DNA of 64,000 nt, from assembly GCA_963825165.1 (NCBI GenBank), contig CAWGRY010000006.1, positions 465,086 through 529,085 on the forward strand. Reading direction: 5' to 3'. Shown here piece after piece: positions 20,866 through 31,700 of this stretch (within the stretch, counting starts at the first letter, position 1; each line of letters starts with the position of its first letter). The stretch is from an uncultured Bacteroidales bacterium (GTDB taxonomy: Bacteria > Bacteroidota > Bacteroidia > Bacteroidales > VadinHA17). Below the pieces are notes generated by a model. It saw only the letters and a program-made list of their open reading frames with translations. It ran no database searches and was not told the DNA's origin. The translations under genes and the position numbers were made by a program.

Positions 20866-21014
20866 ATAATCTATCCTGCCCCTAACTCCCAACTCCCAGC
20901 TCCAGGTCCACAGCTCCCTTCTACAGACCCTTCCGCTTTGCGGGATTTGGTTTCGCCGAGCTTCGCATCGCTCCGGTGCGTCACTTAGTTCCTCAACTTA
21001 CGGTCCTAAAAAAT

Positions 21015-21049
21015 CTTAAATTTTAATTTTTAATTCTTAATTTTTAATT
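21015..21049 (-). repeat. 5 x AATTAAR heptamer repeat after carB stop
   Basis: Minus strand reads AATTAAA AATTAAG AATTAAA AATTAAA ATTTAAG. Confidence 0.7.
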
Positions 21050-21054
21050 CCTTA

Positions 21055-24000
21055 CTAGTACTCATCCCACGCCTTTATCTCCATCTCACTCTCCGGCACG
21101 GTGCAGAAAGCATGAATGAAGGCAGAAGCCAGTCGTGCATTGGTGATAAGAGGTATGTTATAGTCAACGGCAGTGCGTCGTATCTGGTAGTCGTTGTTCA
21201 GCTCGGTGGCCGAGAGATCCTTGGGAATATTTATAACCAGGTCTACCACCCTTTTCTTTATCAGCTCCACGGTGTTGGGGCTCTCTTTTTCATCAGGCCA
21301 GAACGCCACTTCAGCCTCTATCGAGGCGTTGTTCAAGAAACTGCTGCGTACCCCTGGTGGCATAGAGCTTATAACCACGGCTGCGCAGCAGGCGGGCGGC
21401 CTCAATCAGGTCGGCCTTCGATTTGGCCGGACCCGATGATATCAGTACTGCCTTCTCAGGCATGCGGTAACCAACTGAATACATAGCTTTTAGCAGAGCC
21501 TCGTAGAAACTATCACCTATGCATCCCACCTCGCCCGTCGAAGCCATATCAACACCCAGCACAGGATCGGCCTTGGCGAGACGCGAGAAGCTGAACTGGG
21601 AGGCCTTGACCCCTACGTAATCGAGATCAAAGACCGACTTGTGAGGCTTTTCCCAGTGTACTCCAAGCATTACTTTGGTGGCAAGCTCGATAAGGTTTGT
21701 CTTCAATACCTTCGACACAAACGGCATACTACGGCTGGCACGCAGGTTGCACTCGATGACCTTGATGTCATTCTCCCGGGCAAGAAACTGTATGTTGAAG
21801 GGACCAGAGATATTAAGCTCCCTGGCAATTTCCCGGGAAATACGTTTGATGCGCCTCACGGTTTCAAAATATATCTTCTGCGGCGGGAATACTATCGTTG
21901 CATCTCCTGAATGGACACCTGCATATTCAACGTGTTCGCTGATGGCGTAGGCAACAATATCCCCGGCTGCAGCTACAGCGTCAATCTCTATCTCCTTGGC
22001 ATACTCTATGAACTCTGATACCACAACAGGGTGTTCCTTGGAGACACTCGAAGCCAGCTCAAGGAAATGCACCAGCTCGCTTCTGTTTGACACCACGTTC
22101 ATTGCCGCACCGGAAAGAACATATGAAGGGCGTATCAGAACAGGGAAACCTATACCGTCGATGAATTTATCTATCTCCCCGAGACTCGTCAGCTCCTGCC
22201 ACCTGGGCTGGTCAACACCAAGGGTGTCGCACATCGACGAAAATTTATGCCGGTCTTCAGCCCTGTCAATAGATTCGGGTGGTGTCCCCAGTATCGGAAC
22301 ACCCTGTCTGTGAAGCCTCATTGCCAGGTTATTGGGTATCTGTCCGCCCATCGCAAGAATCACTCCCCTGGGCGTCTCAAGATCGATGATATCCATCACC
22401 CGTTCAAACGAGAGCTCATCGAAATAGAGACGGTCACACATGTCATAATCAGTGCTGACAGTTTCGGGATTATAGTTGATCATCACCCCTCGCAGTCCCT
22501 CGTGACGAATCGTATTGATAGCGTTGACAGAGCACCAGTCGAACTCGACGCTCGAGCCTATCCGGTATGCTCCCGAGCCCAGAACTATCACTGACCGCTT
22601 GTCGTTCTCATACCAGATGTCATGCTCCATCCCGCTGTAGGTGAGGTAGAGATAGTTGGTCACGGCAGGATACTCGGCAGCAAGCGTATCAATCTGCTTG
22701 ACGTACGGTACGATGCCGTTACTCTTACGGTGCCGGCGGACGCTGAGCATTGCATCATTGATTGTCTTGTTATCTGCCTTCAGCACATGGCGGGCTATCT
22801 GGAAGTCGCTGAAGCCGTAGATCTTGGCATGAAGCAGTTCCTGAACCGGGAGGCTCTCGATAGTGTTATATTTCTCAAGACTTTTTTTTATGTTTTCAAT
22901 GTTCTGCAGCTTGTACAGGAACCACCTGTCTATCTTCGTGAGCTCGCAGATGCGGTCAACGTCAAATCCTTTCTCCAGCGCCTCGGCTATTGAAAAGATT
23001 CGCATGTCTGTCGGCTGGGAGAGTTCTTTTTCGATATCCTTGAAGCTGAGATTACGGTTGCTGACGAAACCGTGCATTCCCTGGCCTATCATGCGCAATC
23101 CTTTCTGTATCGCTTCCTCGAAAGTGCGTCCTATGGCCATGATCTCTCCCACACTCTTCATGCTGCTGCCTATTTCGTGTGCCACACCCTGGAACTTGTT
23201 AAGGTCCCAGCGCGGTATCTTGCACACGATATAGTCGAGGGCAGGTTCGAAACAGGCTGTGGTGGTCTTTGTGACCGAGTTCTTAAGCTGGTGGAGGCCG
23301 TATCCCAGCGCCAGCTTGGCTGCGACAAACGCAAGGGGATATCCGGTGGCTTTGGAAGCCAGCGCGCTCGAGCGCGAGAGACGCGCATTGACCTCAATGA
23401 CCCTGTAGTCCTCTGAGTTGGGATCGAGGGCATACTGTACATTACATTCACCGATGATGCCGACGTGACGTATGATCTTTATCGACAGTTCCCTGAGCTT
23501 GTGATATTCGCTGTTGGTCAGTGTCTGTGAAGGAGCGACGACGATGCTCTCGCCGGTGTGAATACCCAGCGGGTCGAAGTTCTCCATGTTGCAGACGGTG
23601 ATGCAGTTGTCGAAGCGGTCGCGCACCACCTCATATTCAACCTCTTTCCAGCCTTTTAGCGATTCTTCTACCAGTATCTGGTCCGAGAAGGTGAATGCCC
23701 TGCCGGCAAGAGCCTTCAGTTCCTCGTTGTCTGAACAGAACCCGCTGCCCAGTCCGCCCAGGGCATAAGCTGCCCGTATGATAATAGGGAACCCCAGCTT
23801 CCCGGAGGCCTTTAATGCGTCTTCAACATTGGTGACAGCAATGCTGCGCGGAGTTTTTACGTTTATCTCATCGAGCTTTTTTACGAAGAGCTCACGGTCC
23901 TCCGTTTCCATGATTGCGCTTACGGGAGTACCCAGCACCTTAACGCCGTATTTCTCAAATACACCCTCTCGGAAGAGTGTCGTGCCGCAGTTCAGCGCTG

Positions 24001-24280
24001 TCTGTCCGCCGAAGGCCAGGAGGACGCCGTCAGGCTTCTCACGGGCTATCACGCGTTCAACAAATTTCGGTGTGACGGGGAGGAAGTATATTTTGTCAGC
24101 TATTTTTTCAGAGGTCTGTACGGTGGCGATATTGGGATTGATGAGAACGGTAAAGATACCCTCCTCACGGAGCGCTTTCAGGGCCTGTGATCCCGAATAG
24201 TCAAACTCGCCGGCCTCGCCTATTTTCAGAGCTCCCGAGCCCAGCAGCAGTACCTTCTTTATCTCTTCCTGCATTGTCAT
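21055..24280 (-). CDS. carB: carbamoyl-phosphate synthase large subunit, split by a 1-nt frameshift near 21338-21340 in the MGS domain
   Basis: [17 protein letters not shown] and two ATP-grasp halves; frame 1 stops after [10 protein letters not shown]; the next frame continues [13 protein letters not shown]...[25 protein letters not shown]. Confidence 0.93.
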
Positions 24281-24326
24281 TGTCTTGCCGGTAAAAATAC
24301 AATAAATTATCTGGAGGGTTATTTCA

Positions 24327-24405
24327 TGGCAAGTCTTAATCCTCTACGAGGAATAAATGTTAATTAACCTCCTTTTCTGCTACAATACCTGATGCGCTAC
24401 GCGCC
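24327..24405 (-). repeat. REP-like array 4 (degenerate): TCCTC-TAC-GAGGA core plus TGCGC-type core upstream of carB
   Basis: Hairpin at 24340-24352; CTACAATACCTGATGCGCTACGCGCC at 24380-24405. Confidence 0.75.
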
Positions 24406-24540
24406 ATTCAAAAATCTTTCATTTGTAATAAACAAATACATCGTAGATGTTAAGGTATTATAGGACAGATGAAACGACCACATAAAAATTCCTCGAAAAT
24501 TATTAGGAAATCATTTCGAAAAAAATTGTATTTATAAATA

Positions 24541-24579
24541 AATGTATAAATTTGCATCTTAAATGAATAAATATACAGC
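24541..24579 (+). promoter_or_regulatory. tandem ARG boxes overlapping the argR promoter -7 element
   Basis: AATGTATAAATTTGCATC-TTA-AATGAATAAATATACAGC (two 18-mers, 3-nt gap); TAAATTTG at 24547-54. Confidence 0.8.
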
Positions 24580-25047
24580 ATGAAAAGAGCATCAAGACTT
24601 ATTCTGATTGAGAAGATAGTTTCGGAAAAGAACATCGTCTCACAGGATGAGCTGCTCAGACTGATGGAGGGCGCAGGGATGAAGTGTACTCAGGCGACAC
24701 TCTCCCGCGACTTAAGGCAGCTGGGTATAAGCAGGGGCTTCGATGGCAAAGGCGGTTATCGCTACATTCTCCCGGACAAAAAGACACAGACAGCTGAGAC
24801 ACTACCCGGACATGAAAGCGAAGCTGTAACAGGCATAACATGGGCCAGGGGTATGATGCTGATACATACCCATCCCGGATTTGCCTCCGCTGTAGCATTG
24901 AAAATAGACCGTGCCGGAAGATATGAAATAGCCGGTACCGTTGCCGGCGATGACACGATCCTGCTAATCCCCAGAGATAACATAAGCAATGAGGCGGTTG
25001 AAGAATGTCTCAGCCTGATATTTAATAATAAAATTAAAACGAAATAA
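24580..25047 (+). CDS. argR: arginine repressor
   Basis: [24 protein letters not shown]. Confidence 0.95.
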   Translation: MKRASRLILIEKIVSEKNIVSQDELLRLMEGAGMKCTQATLSRDLRQLGISRGFDGKGGYRYILPDKKTQTAETLPGHESEAVTGITWARGMMLIHTHPGFASAVALKIDRAGRYEIAGTVAGDDTILLIPRDNISNEAVEECLSLIFNNKIKTK

Positions 25048-25051
25048 CAAC

Positions 25052-26305
25052 ATGAAAAAAGTAATGCTGGCATATTCCGGAGGGCTTGACACCTCCGTGA
25101 TACTTAAATGGCTCATAAAAAAAGGATACGATGTAATTGCATTTGTGGCTGACGTAGGCCAGAAGGACGATTTTGAAGCAGTACGCGAAAAGGCTCTGGC
25201 AATAGGCGCATCAAAAGTGATCATTGAAGATCTGAAGAAAGAGTTTGTAACCGATTATATTTTCAAGGCTGTCAAGGCCAACGCAGTATATGAAGACCGT
25301 TACCTTCTCGGCACGGCACTGGCACGTCCGCTCATAGCAAAAAAACAGATCGAAGCCGCCATAGAATACGGCGCTGATTATGTCGCTCACGGCGCTACCG
25401 GAAAAGGTAACGACCAGGTGCGGTTTGAGCTGACATATTATGCTCTCAAGCCCGACATAAAGGTCATATCTCCATGGAAGGACCCTGAATTCCTCTCCCA
25501 GTTCCAGGGCCGTTCTGACATGATCAGGTACGCTGCCGGGCATCGCATACCGGTTAAAGCCTCCATCTCAAAACCATACAGCGAGGATGACAACCTGATG
25601 CATATAAGCCATGAGGCAGGTATCCTGGAGGATCCTCTCTACTGCGCCGGGAAGGATATCCTCTCGAAAATGGTCATGCCGATGGACGCACCTGATAAAG
25701 AAACGCATATCTCAATCACTTTCAAGGATGGCATACCCGTAAAGGTTACAAACAAGGATGACGGAACAAGGTATGAAGACCCTCTTGAGCTGTTCACCTA
25801 TCTTAATAAGCTGGGCGGTGAGAATGGCATCGGTCTCCTTGACATGGTTGAGAACAGGTTCGTGGGAATAAAGTCAAGAGGCATTTACGAAACTCCCGGA
25901 GCCACAATACTGTACGCAGCTCATAAAGATATTGAAGGTATTGCGATGGACCGCGAAGTGATGCGCTTGCGTAACATGCTGGCACCGGTCTTTGCCGAGC
26001 TGGTATACAATGGATTCTGGTTCTCTCCCGAAATGGACTTTCTGCAGGCGGCAATGGATAAGAGCCAGGAGGTCATCGACGGTGTTGTCAATATGGTGCT
26101 CTACAAGGGTAATATTATTATGGAAGGTCGTGAATCACCCTCCTCATTATATAATAAGGAGTTATCGAGCATGGATATTGAGGGAGGATTTAACCAGACT
26201 GACAGTCTCGGTTTCATACGGATTAATGCAATACGCCTGATGGCGCATCATGCCATTATGGAAGCCAACAGAAAAAAAGTAAGTGAAAATGAACCTGTGG
26301 GATAA
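25052..26305 (+). CDS. argG: argininosuccinate synthase
   Basis: [41 protein letters not shown]. Confidence 0.97.
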   Translation: MKKVMLAYSGGLDTSVILKWLIKKGYDVIAFVADVGQKDDFEAVREKALAIGASKVIIEDLKKEFVTDYIFKAVKANAVYEDRYLLGTALARPLIAKKQIEAAIEYGADYVAHGATGKGNDQVRFELTYYALKPDIKVISPWKDPEFLSQFQGRSDMIRYAAGHRIPVKASISKPYSEDDNLMHISHEAGILEDPLYCAGKDILSKMVMPMDAPDKETHISITFKDGIPVKVTNKDDGTRYEDPLELFTYLNKLGGENGIGLLDMVENRFVGIKSRGIYETPGATILYAAHKDIEGIAMDREVMRLRNMLAPVFAELVYNGFWFSPEMDFLQAAMDKSQEVIDGVVNMVLYKGNIIMEGRESPSSLYNKELSSMDIEGGFNQTDSLGFIRINAIRLMAHHAIMEANRKKVSENEPVG

Positions 26306-27635
26306 AGACGGGAAGACGAACGAAGGTACCATCAGTTTCACCTGTGACCGCGACAGACATTATGATGAGAGGCTGGCACCTTATGATATAGTGGGCTCGA
26401 TGGCTCATGCAGTCATGCTTGGGAAGTGCGGGCTCATAACCTCAGGAGAGAAGGATCTGCTGCTCACCGGACTCTCACAGCTCTTTGCCGGGGCAGAAGC
26501 CGGCAAACTGACAATAGGCAAGGAATATGAGGATATCCATTCTTACGTTGAGTTCAGGCTTCATGACCTGGCCGGTGATGCCGCCGGCAAGCTTCACACG
26601 GGTCGTTCGCGCAACGACCAGGTGCTGACCGATATCCATCTCTGGCTGAGGCACCAGTCGTCTCTCCTTGCCTCTGATATTCGGAAACTCGCCGGTACCT
26701 TCCTTGATCTCAGTGAAAAATATGAAGCTGTTCTCATGCCGGGCTTCACACATATGCAGGCAGCCATGGTATCATCATTCGGTCTGTGGTTTGCCGCTTA
26801 TGCAGAGAGTTTATGTGATGACATCCGGGTGCTTGCCGGTGCGGCAGACTTTGCCAATGCCTCACCTCTGGGCACTGCAGCAGGGTACGGTACTTCATTA
26901 CCCATAGACCGTGAGCTGACGGCATCACTTTTGAAATTTGAAAGGCTAATTGTGACATCACCCTATGCGCAGATGAGCAGGGGCCGCACAGAACGGATAA
27001 TAACTGAAGCTATAGCCTCTGCTGCAAACACTCTCGGAAGGTTCGCTTCCGATGTTGTACTGTTCATGTCGCCCGGTTATTCTTTTGTGACCCTTACTGA
27101 TGAAATTACTACCGGGTCATCGATCATGCCGCAAAAGAAAAACCCCGATCTCTTTGAGTTGATCAGAGCGCGCTGTAACAGGCTACAGGCTGTTCCCGGT
27201 GAGGTAGCCATGATGACCACGGGATTACCTCCCGGCTACAATCGCGACTACCAGGAGCTGAAGGCCATGCTCTTCGATGCATTTGATGATATTATGGAAT
27301 TAGTGAGGGTGATGCAGGATGCGGTTACCGGCTTGGTCGTTAATGAGCATATCTTACCGGACAAAAAGTACAATGATATTTTCTCCGTGGAGGAAGCCAA
27401 CCGGATGGTCCTTGAAGGTGTTCCCTTCAGAGAGGCTTACCGGGCAGTTGCCGGAAAAACGGGGTCGGGTTTGTTCAATGTTCCCACTCCGGCCGGCTAT
27501 TCCCATACTGGCAGCATCGGTAACACGGGAGTCAGTCTGATCCGCACCCGCCTGGTACATGAGATGAAGGCATTCAAGACAAACTGCTCGCCGGTGGAGC
27601 TACTTGAAAAACTATTGTCGCTTCGAAGCGCCTGA
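26283..27635 (+). CDS. argH: argininosuccinate lyase
   Basis: [36 protein letters not shown]. Confidence 0.95.
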   Translation: MKMNLWDKDGKTNEGTISFTCDRDRHYDERLAPYDIVGSMAHAVMLGKCGLITSGEKDLLLTGLSQLFAGAEAGKLTIGKEYEDIHSYVEFRLHDLAGDAAGKLHTGRSRNDQVLTDIHLWLRHQSSLLASDIRKLAGTFLDLSEKYEAVLMPGFTHMQAAMVSSFGLWFAAYAESLCDDIRVLAGAADFANASPLGTAAGYGTSLPIDRELTASLLKFERLIVTSPYAQMSRGRTERIITEAIASAANTLGRFASDVVLFMSPGYSFVTLTDEITTGSSIMPQKKNPDLFELIRARCNRLQAVPGEVAMMTTGLPPGYNRDYQELKAMLFDAFDDIMELVRVMQDAVTGLVVNEHILPDKKYNDIFSVEEANRMVLEGVPFREAYRAVAGKTGSGLFNVPTPAGYSHTGSIGNTGVSLIRTRLVHEMKAFKTNCSPVELLEKLLSLRSA

Positions 27636-28172
27636 AGGTTCATCACTTCGTGACGTCTGCGGTCATGCATGCGGTCCGGGATTCAAGTCCGTAAACTCAT
27701 CAGGGAGTACAAAAAGATAAAGATTATCTCCAGCTTTTTGTGCTGATTAATATCAAGCTTCCTGGTCATATCATAAGGAGACAGTTCTGTTCCTGATCAA
27801 AACTTACTGATAATATTACCTGACATGTGAAAAATATTTGTTTTCTTTAAAACAAAGGCTTATTTTTATTATGTGAAAGTTTGATGTACTAACAACTGTC
27901 GGGTTAGTATTGATTTTTAGTTTGATTGGTTGTGGGGCAATTAGCTTTTGGTTTGATTATTACATAACCATATATAATGAAACAAACCTGTCTGTCTGGT
28001 TCTGTATTGTTTTTATTCCTAATCTTATTACACCCATCCTATGTATTTGTATGTCAATTATTTGATAATATTATTGTTGTGATACACCGCGGAGTGTATA
28101 ATCCTGCCAATATAGAGGAATATCCCCTTGGATTAATTAGATCCCAGAATATTAACCTAACACTTTTAAGAA

Positions 28173-28634
28173 ATGAATACTAAAAGCATTATTCTAACGG
28201 GCTTGCTTTTATTCATCCTCTTGAAACTCTCAGGTCAGAGTATCGGGTTCACTTATGATGCCAACGGCAACAGGGTGAGCAGAGAGCTCATTGTAGAACA
28301 GCTTAAATCAGCCACAGCTATAGCCGGGAGTACTTCAAAGAATGATGTTGTTGACCCCCTGCAAAAACCGGAAGACATAGCAGAAACTCCTGAGGTTCAT
28401 GTTTATCCTAATCCGAATAAGGGTATCCTTAAAGTAGAAATAAAAAATTTATCTCCGGGCTCATCAAGGGAAATGAGGATATATGATTTGGCCGGAAGGC
28501 AGGTGCTTGTAAAGGAGAATTTCGAAAACTATTCAGAATTTGATTTGAACAGTTTAAAGGATGGGATCTATATTCTCCGGATTAAGATAGATGATAAGGC
28601 GCTTGATTGGAAAGTTATTAAAAGCAATTTCTGA
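28173..28634 (+). CDS. small secreted protein: single YD/Rhs-type repeat plus T9SS type-A C-terminal sorting domain
   Basis: Signal peptide ending LSG|Q, FTYDANGNRVSR, VYPNP...IYDLAGR...GIYILRI...KVIK. Confidence 0.85.
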   Translation: MNTKSIILTGLLLFILLKLSGQSIGFTYDANGNRVSRELIVEQLKSATAIAGSTSKNDVVDPLQKPEDIAETPEVHVYPNPNKGILKVEIKNLSPGSSREMRIYDLAGRQVLVKENFENYSEFDLNSLKDGIYILRIKIDDKALDWKVIKSNF

Positions 28635-28706
28635 TTGGCTCTGTGCAAGGCTTTGATTAGTCGATCTGCAATACAACCCGATAACTAACCTACATAGGAA
28701 CCAGAA

Positions 28707-31700
28707 ATGAAAAAAGAATTATTATTGAAGATAATTTTGGTGGCAGGCATCCTGGTTATTTCTAAAGACCTTGACGCGCAAATTAGGCCATTGGGAGTTG
28801 ATTGCCCGGTAAACTCCATTTCTCCTACAGTACTAAATGCCGGAAGTGGAGCCGGTCAGGTTGCCCCGACTGTGACGGTATCAACACTTAATAGCTGTAC
28901 GACATATACTATCAGCTGCAGCTACAGCTGGATTTCATATTCAAGAAACGGATTGAATGTTACAATATCTGTGCAGGCTAATACAGGGCCGGCGAGAACG
29001 GGATATGTAAATATTGGGACTCAAACTCTTACAGTTAACCAGGCTTGCGGGAATCTACCGGTTGCGCCAACAAAACTTAATGTTAACCATAATAATTTTT
29101 GTGCAGGCGCGTATGGGACAATTACAATCTCAGCCGTAGGTGGTTCAGGGACAGCCATGCGCTGGTTTACCGGCTCATGCGGAGGCACCCAGATCGGATA
29201 TACAGATGTTGGGTCGCTGGAAATCAGCGCACCGACGGTAACAACAACATATTATGCCCGCTGGGAGACCAGCTGTGGTAATTCGGCATGCAAATCTGTC
29301 ACTGTGACAGTTAAACCTGTGCCAACAGCAAGTGCGGGCAATGACGGTCCGAAATGTGCCGGAAGTGACCTTCACTTTACAAGCTCAGGAGGCAGCACCT
29401 ATGCATGGACCGGCCCAAACGGCTTTACCAGCAGTTTACAAAACCCTGCCATAGCCGCGGCCACTCCAGCGGCCTCAGGCACCTATTATGTAATTGTAAC
29501 GAGCAGCCAGGGATGCAGCTCCGTTGCTTCAACAATTGCAACTGTCAACAGCCTTCCGTCAGCGACTGCATCAAGCAACAGTCCGGTGTGTAACAGAGGG
29601 ACCATTGCTCTTTCAGGATCCGGTGGTACAAGCTACCTGTGGACCGGTCCGAAAGGCTTCAGCAGCAATCAGCAAAATCCTGATATTCTCAATGCTACAT
29701 CAGATATGTCGGGTGCGTATAACCTCACCGTGACAAATGCAAATGGCTGTTCGGCCCAGACGTCCGTTCCGGTAACAGTTTACGATGCTCTTACAGCATC
29801 ACTTAGCGTTGGCACGTATGCCGTAGTTTATAATACATCGCCGGGTAATCTCACGGTCACCGCCAGCGGAGCAACGGGCACATATACTTATCTCTGGTAC
29901 AGGAATGGCATTTCAACGGGTGTCACTTCGCAGACTTATAACCCCGGTTCTCTCACATCAAACAGTACGTTTTATTGTGCCGTTACAAGCGGTTCATGTG
30001 GCACAATCAATACAGAGACAATTGAAATCACTGTTCTTGATACTCCCGAGACAAGGACAATAAATCTTTCATTACCTGTCGGGACGACTAACGGAAGCCT
30101 CAACGTTGATGCCACGGGCGCGGCAGTTTATTCTATCCCGTTGGAGTTACTTCCGGGGGTAAACGGGCTTGCGCCGGGTCTTTCTGTCAATTACTCAAGC
30201 AATGGAGGAGCAGGTACGGTTGGATATGGATGGAATATAGGTGGCATATCCACAATAAGAAGAGGGCCTCAGACTTTCTTCAGCGATAGTACTTCGAGAG
30301 GCGTTGAGCTTGATGCTAATGATCGTTTTTATCTTAATGGTCAAAGACTTGTGAATACAACCGGCAGCTATGGCGATGCCGGGGCAATATATCAGACTGA
30401 AAATGATATTTTCACCCGTGTTACTCCAAAAAATACCGACTCTGGCGGACCCGGGTGGTTCCGCACAGAAACCAAATCAGGCCTGATATGCGAATATGGC
30501 AACACAACTGACTCAAAGCAGAAGGTGGGCAGCTATCCCCAGACTTTCCAGTGGTATGTCTCGAAGATTTCGGATTTGCATGGCAATCAGATAAACTTCG
30601 GATACACTCAGGATCATAACATGGTCTATCCTGATACAATAACTTACGGTCCGAATCTCATAACTTTTATTTATAAAAGCAGGGAAGATAAAGATGCATG
30701 GTTCATAAAAGGAGCCAAAACAGAGCAATGGCTTTTACTTGATAGTATTGTTGTAAAGTATAATTCAAATGTAGTAAAAGCCTGCAAGTTCATTTATTCA
30801 ACACAGGGTTCATCATATAACACTTATTCAGTTCTGAGTGAAGTGGTGGAGTATGGTACGGGTTCTGAGAGATTAAATTCAACGGTTTTTTCATACCAGG
30901 TGCCTGAGAACATCTATTTTCCGCACACACGACCCACACATGAACACGACTACATAAAAAACAGTAAGCAGTTTTCAGGAGATTTTAACGGTGACGGAAA
31001 ATCAGATTTACTTTGCCTGCCTGATACTTCCATGGGAGCAGCATGGACAGGTGTCAAAGTATTTTTCAGCAATGGCGACGGCACCTTCACCTCTTCCTTC
31101 AGCAGTAGCATTCCGGTTGAGCTGCCCCTGTTAAGAGATCTTCGGACCATTGATCTGAATGCAGATGGTATCGACGATTTGCTTTATGAGCGCTATTCAG
31201 AAGAAACAAATTACGCATCATATTTATTTTACTCTTTATGCGACGGGAATTCATTTTCTGAGCCCACTCTGATTGAATCTTATCAGTACCAGGGTTATCT
31301 GGGCATTCCGTATAATTTTCCGAACAGGTCACCAAAAAACCGGTTGGAAAGTGATTATAACGGTGATGGCGTAAATGATATATTTACTTATGACGAAGTC
31401 GGTAATTGGAAGATAAGGTCCCTTGCTAATTCCTCAGGTGAGCTGACCAATTCAATAAATACAATAGCATTTGGAACATTAAGCACTTTATCGGGAACCG
31501 ACAAGATAAAGGTGGGTGATTTTAACGGCGACGGGAAAACAGATATCTGGCATATTGATACCGATGTAAAGATTTATACACTGTCAGGTTCTGTACTCAC
31601 ATCGTTATATAATTCAAGCCTTTTCTCAAGGACAAGTTATTACGATCTGGGTGATTACAACGGAGACGGGAAGACAGATGTGTTCATATATGGCGATAAC

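Noticed and set aside
21055-21405. Separate 116-aa gene
   Set aside because: Its meaningful part is the out-of-frame C-terminus of carB.
27977-28183. 68-aa ORF upstream of the T9SS-CTD gene
   Set aside because: AT-rich with no recognisable motif; cannot be supported, though a leader peptide is not excluded.
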